Source of the DNA: Bdellovibrionales bacterium
Lineage (GTDB): Bacteria > Bdellovibrionota > UBA1018 > CAIMNF01
DNA length: 64,000 bases
Direction: 5' to 3'
Assembly (NCBI GenBank): GCA_018266375.1
Contig: JAFEAO010000002.1
Location: 189,582-253,581, forward strand
Below the pieces are notes generated by a model. That model saw only the letters and a program-made list of their open reading frames with translations, searched no databases and had not been told where the DNA came from. This document shows, piece by piece, positions 63,320 through 64,000 of this stretch. A program made the translations under genes and the position numbers. The number at the start of each line of letters is the position of its first letter. Positions within the stretch are counted from its first letter, which is position 1.

Positions 63320-64000
63320 TCAAGGCTTGGACTTAGTCTTTGCAGCCGGGCCGCGGCGGCGAAGCTCTTTTTCGGCGCGTTCCTGCTTCTTGACCTGTTC
63401 TTCTTCGATGGCCTTCATGCGGCGAGCTTCGCCCTCGAGTGCCTTGCCGATGATGCGTTTTGCGAGCTCCGGCTGAGACAGAAGTGCCTCGACACTCGAT
63501 TTTTCGAGCTTACGGAACGTGCCTGGCGCCATATCGTCGGCCTTGATGTGGCCGATGCCGACGCGAGCGACCTTCTCAGGGAAGAAACCTTTGTTTTCGA
63601 AAAACTTGCGCACGTCGATCGTGCCCATGCCTTCAAATGAGATTTCAATGAGAGCGTTCCGTGCATACGCTTTGACCACGCGAACATGGCTCGGAGTCAT
63701 GGAGCGGCCTTCGATGCGGCCACCGCGACCGAGGCGCTGCAACTCATCGTTGCTTGGAATGCGATCCACCTTGATGTGATAGCGGCGGATGATGTGGTCG
63801 GATTTGAGGATTTTTTGAGTGAGGTCGCCGTCGTTGGTGAGAAGAATCGCACCTTCGCCTTGATAATCCATGCGGCCAACCGTGAAGATGCGCTCTTTGA
63901 TGATTTTCTTGGTGTAGTCCTTGATGGTTTCGCGGCCTTCCTCATCTTCGTTGACCATCGCGATCACGTGCTTGGGTTTGTAAAAGAGGTAGTAAACTTT
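63320..64000 (-). CDS. rluB: Pseudouridine synthase, RsuA/RluB family, N-terminus beyond the window
   Basis: The frame is open to the window edge (..KVYYLFYKPKHVIAMV..). Catalytic motif GRMDYQGEGAILLTNDG. Lys/Arg-rich C-terminal tail. Confidence 0.87.
   Translation of the reverse strand, partial: KVYYLFYKPKHVIAMVNEDEEGRETIKDYTKKIIKERIFTVGRMDYQGEGAILLTNDGDLTQKILKSDHIIRRYHIKVDRIPSNDELQRLGRGGRIEGRSMTPSHVRVVKAYARNALIEISFEGMGTIDVRKFFENKGFFPEKVARVGIGHIKADDMAPGTFRKLEKSSVEALLSQPELAKRIIGKALEGEARRMKAIEEEQVKKQERAEKELRRRGPAAKTKSKP

Overview
Gene-dense chromosomal segment of a Gram-negative bacterium, with about 60 supportable CDS, one tRNA and no rRNA or CRISPR. The gene content (many secreted peptidases and lipoproteins, a TAM module, an RRM-type RNA-binding protein, many stand-alone receiver domains) and moderate GC remind me of Bdellovibrio-like predatory bacteria. 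That is an impression only and cannot be tested here. Layout from left to right:
- 1-9.7 kb: housekeeping genes (eno-ftsB, csp, cysteine-synthase family, desaturase, purA, serine hydrolase, GST).
- 9.8-14.7 kb: MarR plus a TolC-RND efflux pair with no adaptor gene.
- 14.8-30.8 kb: mixed envelope and housekeeping genes (metzincin, GT-C-like membrane protein, rlmM, arfB, clsB-EEP-YqaA operon, lgt, GIY-YIG nuclease, arginase, Usp, sodB).
- 30.9-38.2 kb: a signalling island with one hybrid kinase, five receiver domains, a sigma54 activator, an Hpt protein and an unusual diadenylate-cyclase-like (DAC-fold) protein.
- 38.3-43.7 kb: a TamB/TamA-like pair preceded by another receiver.
- 43.9-58.4 kb: envelope, peptidase and glycosidase genes.
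- 59.1-62.0 kb: a decayed zone around an initiator tRNA-fMet (IS256 fragment, IS3 orfA stub, SDR pseudogene, GT-C remnant).
- 62.0-64.0 kb: a fatty-acid-hydroxylase family gene and a partial rluB.
The most interesting candidate is the DAC-like/Zn-ribbon protein co-oriented with an Hpt gene inside the phosphorelay island. All functional calls come from motif recognition by eye on the supplied translations; no database search was possible.
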